The notes beneath the pieces were generated by a model. That model did no database searches. It was not told the DNA's origin and worked only from the letters and a program-made list of their open reading frames with translations. 64,000 bases of DNA from an uncultured Chloroflexia bacterium (GTDB lineage Bacteria; Chloroflexota; Limnocylindria; Limnocylindrales; CSP1-4): positions 138,210 through 202,209 of the forward strand of contig CAVQIH010000012.1 of NCBI GenBank assembly GCA_963712585.1, given 5' to 3'. The position numbers and the translations under genes were made by a program. How positions within the stretch are numbered: the stretch's first letter is position 1; each line of letters opens with the position of its first letter. Shown in pieces: positions 21,079-32,103 of this stretch.

Positions 21079-21954
21079 CAGTCGCGCTCCTCGCCGAGCC
21101 GGAGCTGGACGAAGGAGAGGACGGCCAGGAACGACGAGCAGGATGTAGGCGACCGCCGAGGCGCCGCCGAGGTCGAGCCGGTTGAACTGGTCGACCAGGT
21201 CGAAGACGATCGTCCGGGTCGCCTGGATCGGCCCGCCTTGGGTCATGACGAAGACCTGGTCGAAGGTCTGGAAGCTGCCGATGATCCCGATGACGTAGAC
21301 GAACACGATCGTCGGGCGCAGGCCCGGGCAGCGTCACGTGCCGGAACTGCGCCCAGCGCGCCGGCGCCGTCGACGCGCGCCGCGTCGTAGTAGCTCGCGC
21401 GGGATCGCCTGGAGGGCGGCCAGGAAGACGACGGTCTCGAACCCGAAGCCCTGCCAGATCGCGGTGACGACGACCGCCGGCAGGGCCGTGGTCGGGTCGG
21501 TCAGCCAGGCGTGGCCGGGCAGCCCGAAGAAGCGCGAGCGATGGCGTTGATGATGCCCGTTGTCGGCGTACATGCATCTTCCAGATCGTCGCCACCACGA
21601 CGAGCGAGGTCATCGTCGGCAGGAAGAAGGCGGTCCGGAAGAGCGCCCGCAGGCGGAGCGAGTCGTTGAGCAGGATCGGCCGATGCCGAGCCCGAGGAGC
21701 GGGCCCGATGGCCATCCCCATGACGACGAAGAAGACGGTGTTCTGGAAGGCCCGCTGGAAGCGCGGGTCGGTCAGCAGCGTCGACGTAGTTGTCGAGGCC
21801 GACGAACTGCGGGCGGCTTGATCCCGTTGTAGTCGGTCAGGCTCCAGTAGCCCGACACGACCATCGGGATCGAGGAGGAAGACGACGGTGACGAGCACCG
21901 CGGGGGCGATCAGCAGGTAGCCGGGCCGCCGCGCCCGCGGAACCGTCGCACCAT
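21078..21954 (-). pseudogene. Carbohydrate ABC transporter permease (MalF-like), frameshifted
   Basis: Recognisable fragments are PGYLLIAPAVLVTVVFL, DPRFQRAFQNTVFFVVMGMAIGP, ALFRTAFFLPTMTSLVVVATIWK and GSFQTFDQVFVMTQGGPIQATRTIVFDLVDQFNRLDLGGASAVAYILLV. Confidence 0.7.
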
Positions 21955-21995
21955 CGTCGTCGTCCTCGCCGTCGGCCCGGTCGCCGATCGGACGG

Positions 21996-23398
21996 CTACT
22001 TGGCCAGCGCGTCGTTCGTCTGCGTCGGCCGCGTCGTCGAGCGCCGCCTTGGCGTCGGCCTTGCCGAGGAGCGCCGCCTCGAGCGCGTCGGCGATGATCG
22101 ATGTCGATCTCGTTCCACTGCGCCGACGTAGGGGAAGTGGCGTCGACGTCGACATCGCCTCGAGGAAGACCTCGAACGGCGCCTGGCCGCCGAAGTACGG
22201 CGTCGGGCTTGGTCAGCTCGGGGCTCTCGAGGGCGGCCGTGCGTGGCCGGCGCCGCGCCGGCGTAGGTGAAGACGCCGATCTGCGTTCTCGGGCTCGGAG
22301 CATGTACTGGATGAGCAGCCAGGCCGCCTCCTTGTGCTGCGCGCTGGACCGGGATGCCGAGGCCCGGTGCCGCCGAGGTAGCTGCCCGGCTGCTTCGAGT
22401 ACGGGGCGATGGCGACCTTCCACTTGCCGGACTGCTCGGGCACGCCGGTCTTGAGGAGGCCCATGTAGTACGGGCCGTCCTGGAACATCGCCGACCCGCC
22501 CGTCGACGATGGCCGGCGTGCAGGTCGCCGTCGGCGTCCGACCAGTACGAGGCCGCGTGCCGTCGTCGAGGATCGCCTTCTGGACCTGGACGGCGGCGAC
22601 GCCCGGCGTCGGCTGTTGAAGGCGGCCTGGGTGTTGTCGGCGTTGAGCAGCGAGCCGCCGTCCTGGAACAGGAACTGCGAGAAGTGGAAGCTGTTCGGGC
22701 GGATGCGCGTAGAGGTACTTGTCGGGCTTGCCGTCACCGTCGTGATCCTCGGCCAGCTGCTTGGCCGCGGCCCGCAGCTCGTCCCAGTTCGTCGGGCACC
22801 GCGATCCCCTTCTGCTCGAAGAGGTCCGACCGGTAGTAGAGGGCGTACGCGTCGAAGTCGTAGAGCATCGTCACGTAGTGGTCGTCGAAGGTCATCGCCT
22901 CGATCGGCGCCCTGGGCGTAGCTGGTCGGCGATCGGCTGCGCCGTTGAGCTGGCCGCCGCGACAGCGGCGTTGAGGTCCTCGAGGGCGCCGTTCGAGGCC
23001 AGGGTCGGGATCCAGGTCATGTCGAGCGTGGCGAGGTCGGGCACCTCACCGGCGCGAGACGCCGACGTTGAACTTCTCGTTGCATCGAGTCCCAGTCGAG
23101 GTCCTCGTAGTCGACCGTGATCCAGGGGTACTCCGTCTGCGAAGCCGGCGAGGGCCGGCTTGAACGGCGTGACCTCGCCGTAGTAGTCCCAGACCGTGAT
23201 CGTCACGGGGGTCGTGTCGAGGCTGGGCGCGCCGTCGGCGCAGGCGCCGGCGCCCGGCCGGCGGCCGGGCTCTCGCTGGCGGCCGGCGTTGCGGCGACGT
23301 GGCGCCGCGCTCGGCGACGAGCCGCCGGACGCTCGCGACGAGCGACGAGCATCGCGAGCGCCCGCCAGGGACCCGCGACTCCGGTTCGATCGACGCAT
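21996..23398 (-). pseudogene. Extracellular solute-binding protein (family 1) of the sugar ABC transporter, frameshifted
   Basis: The ATG at 23396-23398 follows a GGAAGGAGG. Recognisable fragments are TPVTITVWDYYGEVTPFKPALAGF, EVPDLATLDMTWIPTLASNGALEDL, FHFSQFLFQDGGSLLN and MFQDGPYYMGLLKTGVPEQSGKWKVAIAPYSKQPGSYLGG. Confidence 0.7.
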
Positions 23399-23454
23399 GC
23401 CTCCTTCCGTCGCTCTCCGGCCTCCCGAGCCGCGCCGGCTCGGCGCTCGCCGAC

Positions 23455-24238
23455 TCAGACCTCGGCGACGAGGGCTCGCGTCGCGCGACCCCACGCGACT
23501 CGACGTAGAACTTGCGAGCGGTCGCCCGGGCACGTAGCGTCCGGGTGTACTCGATCGGGATCGCCGCTGCCCGGTGTAGGTGATGCCCTCGAGCAGCAGC
23601 GCCGGCCGTCCGGCTGCCTGGCCTCGAGGAGCCGCGCCTCGCGGCGCGGCAGGAGGACCGGCTCGATCGTCTCGTGCGTCGGCGCCGAGTCGGCACGCCG
23701 TAGCGTCCGGCGAGGACGTCGTACAGCGAGCCGCGCTCGAGGTCCACGTCCAGCAGGCCCGGGAAGCGCTCGGCCGGCAGGTGGGCCTGCTCGAGCAGGA
23801 GCGGCACGCCGTCGGCCAGCGGAGGCGCTCGATGCGGTGGACGGGCGCCCCGAGCCGCCAGCTCGGAGCGCCGCCGCCACGGCTCGCGCGGCCGGCTCGG
23901 TGCCGCGCCGCGACGAGCCGCGTCGCGGGCTCGAGGCCGCGCCGGCGCATCTCGTCGGTGAAGCTCCAGCGTCGCGGTCAGGTCGTGCACGATCGCGCGG
24001 CCGGCGGACGAACGTGCCGCGGCCCCGGGTCCGCTCGAGGCGGCCCTCGCGGACGAGCTCGTCGAGCGCCCGCCGGACGGTGATCAGGCTGCAGCCGTAG
24101 CTGGGCGCAGAGCTCGCGCTCCGGTCGGCAGGCGGTCGCCGGGGCGCCACTCGCCGCGCGTCGAGCGCGTCGCGACAGGTCGAGGTAGACCTGGTGGTGG
24201 AGCGGGACGGGTCCGGGCTCGAGCCGGAAGCGGGCCAT
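23455..24238 (-). pseudogene. GntR-family (HutC subfamily, UTRA effector domain) transcriptional regulator, frameshifted; 3' end approximate
   Basis: The ATG lies at 24236-24238. Recognisable fragments are MARFRLEPGPVPLHHQVYLDL, GCSLITVRRALDELVREGRLERTRGRGTFV and the UTRA-like pieces SFTDEMRRRGLEP and LLLEGITYTG. It is divergent from the GH4-ROK pair. Confidence 0.75.
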
Positions 24239-24281
24239 CGATCCTGATCCGCTCGCCAGGCGGTCCGAAGGCCACTTGCTG

Positions 24282-24291
24282 ATAACGTTAT
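24282..24291. promoter_or_regulatory. Perfect 10-bp palindrome ATAACGTTAT in the low-GC divergent intergenic region; candidate HutC/GntR operator
   Basis: The palindrome was read directly from 24241-24300. It is flanked by two CCACTTG copies (24272-24278 and 24321-24327). It is the only AT-rich stretch between the regulator start (24238) and the GH4 start (24371). Confidence 0.3.
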
Positions 24292-24370
24292 AAACAACTA
24301 TCCTCGGCGCAGTCGGACGACCACTTGTCAAGACTCCTCCGACGGTGGCCGATGGGCGGGACGCGGTTCG

Positions 24371-25656
24371 ATGGGCCTGAAGATCGCGGTCGTCGGCGGC
24401 GGCAGCACCTACACCCCGGAGCTCGTCGAGGGCTTCGCCGCACGCGCCGAGCGCCTGCCCGATCGACGAGCTCGTCCTGCTCGACATCGATCCCGAGCGG
24501 CTCGCGATCGTCGCCGGCCTGGCCGGCCGGATGCTCGCCGCCGGGGCTGGCCCGGGCGCCTGGTCGCAGACCGATCGACCGCGCCGCCGCCCTCGACGGG
24601 GCCGACTTCGTGGTCGTCCAGCTGCGGGTCGGCGGCCAGGCGGCGCGGCTCCTCGACGAGACGATCCCGCCTCGCTTCGGCTGCATCGGCCAGGAGACGA
24701 CCGGGCCCGGGCGGCTTCGCCAAGGCGCTGCGGACGGTCCCGGTCGTGCTCGAGCTCGCCGAGGAGGCCGCCCGGCGGGCCGCGCCCGGCGCCTGGATCG
24801 TCGACTTCACGAACCCGGTCGGGATCGTCACCCAGGCGCTCCTCGACGCCGGCCACCGCGCGCATCGGCCTGTGCAACGTGGCGATCGGCTTCCAGCGCC
24901 GGTTCGCGGCCCAGCTTCGGCGTCGCGCCCGGAGCGGGTCGAGCTCGAGCACGTCGGGCTCAACCACCTGACCTGGATGCGGGCGGTCCGGGTCGACGGC
25001 GTCGATCGCCTGCCGGAGCTGCTCGGCCGACGACGGCGAGCCGAGCTCGCCGACGAGGTCGAGACTGCCGGTCGAGCTCATCCGCGCCCTCGGCGCGATC
25101 CCCTCCTACTACCTGCGCTACTACTACGCCGACGCGCGAGGTGGTGGCCGAGCAGCGCGCCGGCACCGACCCGGGCCGAGGAGGTCATGGCGATCGAGCG
25201 CGAGCTGCTCGAGCTGTACCGCGACCCGACGCTCGACCGAGAAGCCGGCCCTCCTCGAGCAGCGCGGCGGCGCGTTCTACAGCGAGGCGGCGGCCCAGCT
25301 CATCGCCTCGCTCCACGACGGCACCGGCGACGTCCAGGTCGTCGACGTCCGCAACGACGGCGCGCTGCCCGACCTGCCCGCCGACGCGGTCGTCGAGGTC
25401 CCGGCCCGGATCGATCGCGACGGCGCGCATCCGCTCCCGCAGGCGCCGCTGGCGCCCGAGATGCGCGGGCTCGTGGCCCATGCCAAGGCCTACGAGGAGC
25501 TGACCGTCCAGGCGGCGCTGACCGGCGACCGGACGATGGCACTCCGGGCGCTCCTGGCCAACCCGCTGGTCGGCGACTACGCCGTCGCCGCTCCGCTGCT
25601 CGACGCGCTTGCTCGAGGCCAACCGCGCCAACCTCCCCCGTTGGCGGATGCGGTGA
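24371..25656 (+). pseudogene. GH4-family 6-phospho-beta-glucosidase / NAD- and Mn-dependent glycosidase, many frameshifts
   Basis: Recognisable fragments are MGLKIAVVGGGSTYTPELVEGF, AWIVDFTNPVGIVTQALLDAGHRA, IGLCNVAIGFQRRF, ELEHVGLNHLTWMRAVRVDG and MRGLVAHAKAYEELTVQAALTGDRTMALRALLANPLV. The stop overlaps the ROK GTG as GTGA at 25653-25656. Confidence 0.8.
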
Positions 25657-26684
25657 GCGGAGCCCCCGAGCCGGGAGCCCCGGCCGGAGTCGTCCTCGGC
25701 ATCGACCTCGGCGGGACGACGCTCCGCGGCGCCCTCGCCGCCCTCGACGGGACGGTGTTGGCTGAGGACGCCGAACCGACGCTCCAGGGCAGCGGATCGG
25801 CCATGCTCGACCAGATCGTGACGCTGTCCGAGCGCCTCCGAGCGCTGGCCTCGCGCCGGCCCGGGGGGCCGCCCCGGTCCGACCCCGCGCGACGCGCCGC
25901 TGCGCGCGGCCGGGATCGGCCTGCCGGTCAGCGTCGACCCACGAACCGGCCACCTGGCCTCCACCCACAACGTGCCCGGCCTGGCCGGCGTCGACGTGCT
26001 TGGCGAGCTGCGCCGAAGGCTGCGGACGCCGGTCATCGTCGAGAACGACGTCAACCTCGCCGCGCTCGGCGAGCTTCGGTACGGCGTGGCGGCCGGCGTG
26101 GACGATTTCGTGCTGATCGCCATCGGGACCGGGATCGGCATGGGTATCGTCGCCGGCGGGCAGCTTCAGCGGGGCGCTCGGGGCGGCGCCGGTGAGATCG
26201 GGTTCCTGCCGTTCGGCTCCGACCCGACGACGGCCGAGGCGAAGAACGGCGGGGCGTTCGAGCTCGCCGCCGCCGGGCCTGCAATCCGGGCGCGGATTCA
26301 GGAGGCGACCTCCGGCAATCGCACGATGCTGACCGAGGGGGCCACGTTCGCCGAGGCCCTCCGGGCGGCCAGCGCCGGCGACGTCGTGGCCCAGACCCTG
26401 GTCGAGGAGGAGGCCCATCTCATCGCCCTCGGCATCGCGTCGGTCGTGGCGATCCTGGATCCCGCCCTGGTCGTGCTGGGGGGCGGCGTCGGCGCCAACG
26501 ATGGCCTCCTCGAGCCAGTCGGTCGCCACCTGGCGACGCTGGTGCTCGCACCGCCCCGGATCGTCACCGCGCACGTCTCGGCGAGCGGGCCACCCTGGTC
26601 GGCGCGATCGCCGCCGCCCTCGACCTGGCCCACTCGTCCGGCGCCGACGAGGGCCGGGAGAACGCGAAGCGGCCGCGACACTAG
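25653..26684 (+). pseudogene. ROK-family sugar kinase, frameshifted
   Basis: Recognisable fragments are VVLGIDLGGTTLRGAL, VIVENDVNLAALGE, FVLIAIGTGIGMGIVAGGQLQRGARGGAGEIGF and ILDPALVVLGGGV. The C-terminus is recovered in another frame (ATLVGAIAAALDLA). Confidence 0.8.
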
Positions 26685-28038
26685 ACGCCTGAGCGCTGGC
26701 CCCCGGTCACGAGGCGGGCGACGAGACCGAGGTAGGGCTCCACGGCGGTCTCCCAGTTGTAGCGCTCGCGGGTGACCCGCAGGCAGCGCTCGCGCATCGC
26801 GGCAAGCTCGGCCGGCGGCTGCTCGAGGACGTCGCGGAGCGCCCGGGCGAGGTCGGCGGGATCGGCGGGATCGGCGATCGCGCCGAGGCCGTCGGCCTCG
26901 ACGATCGCCCGCATCACCTCGAGGTCGCGACCGAGGACGACCGGCGTGCCGGCCGTCAGGGACTCCCAGAACTTGTTGGGGGTCGAGAGGCGCTGGTTGA
27001 GCGAGTTCGCCGGCACCGCGATCGATCGAGACGTCGGCCGAGGCCGTCCAGGCCGGGCACCTCGTCGGGGTGGACCGGCGGCAGGGTGAAGTGGCGGCCG
27101 GCGAAGCGCGGCTCGCGGTCGCGCTCGCGCAAGCCGGTCCGCCCACGGCCCGAAGCCGAGCATGCACCAGGGCGGCGTCGCCGAGGCGCAGGACGGCCTC
27201 GGCGGCCTCCTCGAGGCCCGCGCTCGCGCCCCAGGCGGCCGAGGAAGAGGACGATCCGCCGCTCCGGCGGGATGCCCGGTCGCCGCGCGGATCAGGTCGG
27301 GCCGTGGCTCGGGCGGCGTCCAGCGCGGCTGGCAGTTGAGCAGGACGGTGGGCCGCGGTCCGGAGCGCGCCATGATCGGACCAGGTGGTCGGCGATCGGC
27401 TCGTTGACGGTCACGATCGCGTCGGCCCGGCGCACCCAGCGGCGCTCGCGCCAGCGGTACCAGGCCGAGGATCGGAGCGCGGCACGCCCGCGTAGTTGTT
27501 CGAGTCGAGGATGACGTCGATGACGTCGTAGACGACCCGTCCTGCCCGACCCTGCCGGCGCGCGGCCTGCGCCAGCTCGAGGGCGACCGCCGATCGTCAG
27601 GATGCCGAACGCGTGGTAGAGGTCGGCCGGCGGCAGCTCGCGTCGCAGGGTCGCCCACCAGCCGCGCACGTGGAGGGGCCAGAGCGCGGTCTTGCGGACG
27701 AGCGCGGGGGTGGGCGCCGGCAGGCGGCGCAGGGGCGGCACGATCCGCCCGAGTCCCCGGTGCAGCCGCCCGATGGCCCGGCTGACCAGCCCGGCTGTCC
27801 GAGCCGGGGCGCCCGGCGCATCGGCCGCCCAGCGGCCGCTCGGACGGTAGCGGTGGATCACGACCTCCCCGTCGTGCTCCTCGTCGGGCACCCCCGGGGC
27901 GGTCACCGCCGCGATCTCGACCGCGAATCCGGCGCCCGCCAGGCTCCGTGCTACCCGCAGGCCGCGGGAGTAGGGATTGGCCGCGTTGGCCACCAGGACC
28001 ACCGCGCGGGGCCTCCCCGGGGCAGTCGCCTGGCTCAC
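26681..28038 (-). pseudogene. GT4-family glycosyltransferase, paralog 1 of 3, frameshifted
   Basis: The GTG at 28036-28038 overlaps the stop of paralog 2. Recognisable fragments are RAVVLVANAANPYSRGLRVARSLAGAGFAV, PPADLYHAFG, RRADAIVTVNEPIADHL, NCQPRWTPPEPRPDLIRAATG and NSLNQRLSTPNKFWESLTAGTPVV. Confidence 0.75.
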
Positions 28039-29497
28039 GCCGGACCCTGCGGAGCGGGCCCCTGCGGAACGGCGCCGGCCGACCTCGCAGCGACCTCGCC
28101 GAGCTCCGCGTAGAGGGCCACCAGGCGTTCCTCCTGGGCCTCCCAGTTCCACCGCTCATGCGCCGCCTTGAGGCAGCGCCGTCGCAGCTCGGCCGTGTCC
28201 TCGGCCGAGAGGTCGAGCACCGAGCGGAGCGCCCGCACGATGGCGGCCGGGTCCTCGGGCTCGCAGACCGCCCCGAGCGGCCCGTCCGGGTCCTCGATCA
28301 GGACGCGCCGCATCTCCGGGAAGTCGCTCGTCACCACCGGCAGCCCCACCGCGATCGTCTCGAAGAGCTTGTTCGGCGACGAGAGGACGTTGTTGAGGTT
28401 GGTGGGTTGAGTGAGGGCCAGCCCGACGTCGGCCGAGGCGACCCAGGGCAGGAGCTCGTCCGGCGGGACGCCGTCGAGGACACGAACGCGGCCGCCCGAC
28501 GGCTGGGTCGGCGGCCAGGGCATCGAGCAGGTCGCGACTGGGCCCGAACCCGAGGAAGACCGCGTGCGCCCGTTCCAGGCCCGGCTCGCGAATGGCCGCC
28601 GCGAGCGCCTCCATCCCGCGGCCGGGCATGAACCCGCCGTGGTACAGGGCGATGCGATCCGTCGACGGGATGCCGGTCGCCGCACGGATCAGGTCGGGCC
28701 GCGGCTCGGGCGGGGTCCAGCGCGGCGCGCAGTTGTGGACGAGGACGATCCGGCGCGGTCGGTAGCGATGCGTCCAACTCGGCGGCGATCGAGGCGTTGA
28801 CGGTGATGACGGCGGCGGTCCGCCCGATCCAGGCCCGCTCGCGGCGCGCCAGGAGCCGCTTCGCCCAGCCCGGCCGGGCAGCGTTCGAGCCCGACTCGAG
28901 GAAGAGCTCGTGGGTGTCGTAGACGACGGCACCCCCGAAGCGCTCCTGCGCCTCCAGGGCCGCGGGCAAGCCGGTCAGGTCGTGACCGTGGTAGACGTCG
29001 GCCGGGCCGGCGGCCTCGGCCGCCCGCCTGGCCCAGCCGCCGATCGTCCAGCGCCAGAAGACCAGCCACTCCAGGGCGCCGTTGCGGCGCGGCGTCGGGC
29101 CGCGATCGCCGAGGAGCTTGTAGTCGATCGCCCGGTAGAGCGCCCAGGGGAGCGAGAGGACCGCGATGATCCCGATCGCGACCGCCTCGGGGAAGGCGCT
29201 CGGGAAGAGGCGGATCCCGCGCACCATCCGGATCAGCGCCCAGCGGCGGGCCCGCCACGGGTAGCGCACCCAGACCATCCGGTTGCGGAACGTGAAGCGG
29301 GCCTGCACCGGGGCGGGGACCCGCAGGATCAGGAAGCCGTCGCGTTCCTCCCGCTCGGGTGGCCCGGACGCGGGATCGTTCGCCGCGCGCGCCACGATCG
29401 TCACCCGGTGGCCGGCCGCCGTCAGGCTGGCCGCCTCCTTGAGGACTCGGGAGTCCTTGGTGCAGTCGTTGTAGACGAACATCGCGACCCGGCTCAT
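28035..29497 (-). pseudogene. GT4-family glycosyltransferase, paralog 2 of 3, frameshifted in the C-terminal half
   Basis: Recognisable fragments are MSRVAMFVYNDCTKDSRVLKEAASLTAAGHRVTIV, PADVYHGHD, AAVITVNASIAAEL, NCAPRWTPPEPRPDLIRAATG and TNLNNVLSSPNKLFETIAVGLPVVTSD. Confidence 0.8.
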
Positions 29498-29504
29498 GCG
29501 GCCC

Positions 29505-30921
29505 TCACCAGCGTCGTCCCGTGAGCCTCGTGTACTCGTCGAGGAGCACCGCCATCTGGCACTCCCAGTTGTAGGTCGAATGAGCAGCCTCGAGCCCGCG
29601 GGCGGCCATCACCGCGCGGGCGGCGGGGTCGTCGAGGAGGTCCCGCAGGGCTGCCGAGATCGCCTCCGCCGAGGTCGGGTCGACGACGAGCCCGCAACCC
29701 GTCTCGCGGACGATGGGAGCCATCCCCGGCAGGTCGCTGGCCACGACGGCCACGCCGGCGGCCATCGCCTCGAAGAGCTTGTTGGGGGTCGTGAGGCGAT
29801 GGTTGAGCGTCGTCGGCTGGATGGGCATGGCCACGACGTCGGCCGAGGCAACCCAGGCCAGCAGCTCGGTCGGGGAGACGGCCGGCAGGATCGCGACGCG
29901 ACCGCTGAGGTCGGCCCGGGAGGCTCGCGCGCGGATCTCGGCCTCCAGGGCGCCGTAGCCGAGCAGGACGAGTGTCGGCGTTCGGGACGTCGCGGATCGC
30001 GGCCATCAGCTCCTCGATGCCGCGGTCGGGCGAGAAGCCGCCCTGGTAGAGGACGATCCGGCGGTCGTCCGGCAGGCCGAGCGCCCGGTGGAAGCGACGC
30101 TCGGGCGGATCGGGCGGAGTGAATCGATAGGAGCAGTTCATCACGATGAGCGGAAGGGGAACACCGAACCGCCACGCCATCTCGTCGGCGTAGGGCCGGT
30201 TGACGGTGATGACCCGGTCGGCGCGGCGCGCCCAGCGTCGCTCGGCCCGGGCCAGCAACCAGCGTGCGGGGCCCCGCAGGCGGGCCAGGTTGGCGGCCTC
30301 GAGGTAGATGTCGCGGGCGTCGTAGACGACTCGAGCTCGGTGGCGTCGGGCCAGGTCGAGGGCGATCGGGATCCCCATGTAGGCCATCCCGTGATACAGA
30401 TCTGCCGGTGGTGCGACGCGGCGAGCGAGGCGGCCCTGGGCTCGGATGGTGAGCGGGATGGCGAGCCGGCGAATGGCCCCGACCGCGGCCCGAACGGGGA
30501 GCGGGGCGGCCGGCGCGGGCGCCGGGTGCGGCGCCGGCTGCGTGGCGTCCGCCTCGGCGACCACCGTGGATCGAGGCTCGAGCCCCGGTTCGATGGCCGA
30601 GGCGTCGCCGACCTCGTGCCTCCCGCGGAGCCGGCGGATCACCTTCCGGCCGCGGCGTGCGAGGCCCGGAAAGGGCAGGCCGTCGATCGCGGCCGCGTCG
30701 ACGTGGAGGACCCGGTAGCCGGCCGGGTGCAGCTCCTCGGCTGCGAGGCCGGCCCGCCGTCGGGCGAGGACGGTCACCGCGTGGCCCCGCGCAGCGAGGG
30801 CGCTGGCGATGCGGTAGGTCCGCGAGTCGAACTCCGCCGTCGAAGGCAGCACCAGCACCGCACGCTGCCGGACGACCGGGGCGTGGGCGTGCAGCGGCCC
30901 CGTCTCGGGCGCCTCGGTCAT
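29505..30921 (-). pseudogene. GT4-family glycosyltransferase, paralog 3 of 3, frameshifted in the C-terminal third
   Basis: The ATG at 30919-30921 overlaps the epimerase stop as ATGA. Recognisable fragments are RAVLVLPSTAEFDSRTYRIASALAARGHAVTVL, PADLYHGMAY, RADRVITVNRPYADEM and TTLNHRLTTPNKLFEAMAAGVAVVASD. Confidence 0.8.
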
Positions 30922-32088
30922 CGAGGCGACCGCCCCGAGCCTGACGCGAGCAGCGCCGTCACGATGGCCTCCGCGGCTCCTGCCGGCGCGAGGGCAAACG
31001 AGTTGGCGCGCTCGCGTGCCAGGTGCTCTGCGCGGTCGAGCGGCGCGAGGCGCTCGAGCTCGACCAGCGCCCGAGCCCGGTCGAGACCCACGACGACCAT
31101 CCGTCCGCCGGACGTGCACCGTCTCGACCCACTCGGTCGTGCCGCGCAGCACGAGGCACGGGCGTCCCGAGCCAGGCCGCCTCGCGCTGGACGCCGCCCG
31201 AGTCGGTCAGGACGGCGGCCGCATGGAGCTGGAGCGCCAGCGACGTCCGATAGCCCAGCGGCTCGACGACGCGGACGTCCGGGCCGGCAGCCGGACTCCG
31301 GCGGCCTCGAGCGCCGCCCGCGTGCCCGGGTGGAGCGGCGAGGATCGACCGGCCGCTCCGGCCGGGCCGCCGCCTCGAGGATGCCGGTCCAGGCCGCCAG
31401 CGCGTCCGGCTCGCGGTTCTCCGCGCGATGGATCGTGGCGAAGAGGTAGCCGCCCGGCCGCAGGCCGAGCCCGGGCGCCTCGTCCGCGAGCCGGTCGCTC
31501 GATCGCGGCCAGGACCGTCGGATCGCGGACCAGCGCGCCGACCCGGGCCGCGAGGTCCTGCATCAGGTCGCCGACGAGCGACGACCCCGTCGACGATCCC
31601 CTCGGCGGCGAGGTTGGCGACCGCGGTCGGCGTCGGGGCGAAGCAGCCAGCGCGAGAGGTGGTCGGCGACGACCCGGTTGAGCTCCTCGGGCATCCGCCG
31701 GTCGAAGCTGCGCAGGCCGGCCTCGACGTGGGCGACGGGGATCCCGAGCTTGGCCGCGGCGAGCGCGCCGGCCAGCGTCGAGTTCGTGTCGCCGTAGACG
31801 AGGACCGCGTCGGGCCGCTCCGCGATCGAGGATCGGCTCGAGGGCCGCGAGCATCCGGCCGGTCTGCTCGCCATGGCCCCCGCCGCCGATCCCGAGGCTG
31901 TGGTCCGGTCGGGCGAGGCCGAGCTCCGCGAAGAACGCGCCGGCCATCGCCTCGTCGTAGTGCTGGCCGGTGTCGACGAAGACCTCGTCGTGCCGTGCCC
32001 GCAGGACGGGCAGGAGGGCGGCCGCCTTGATGAGCTGCGGGCGCGTCCCGACGACGCTGACGATCCGCACGGGTCGGCCGGCTGGCAC
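30918..32088 (-). pseudogene. wecB: UDP-N-acetylhexosamine 2-epimerase (WecB/WbpI family), frameshifted
   Basis: Recognisable fragments are [106 protein letters not shown], and the C-terminus LERLAPLDRAEHLARE. Confidence 0.8.
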
Positions 32089-32103
32089 CGCCGGCCGCTC
32101 GCC

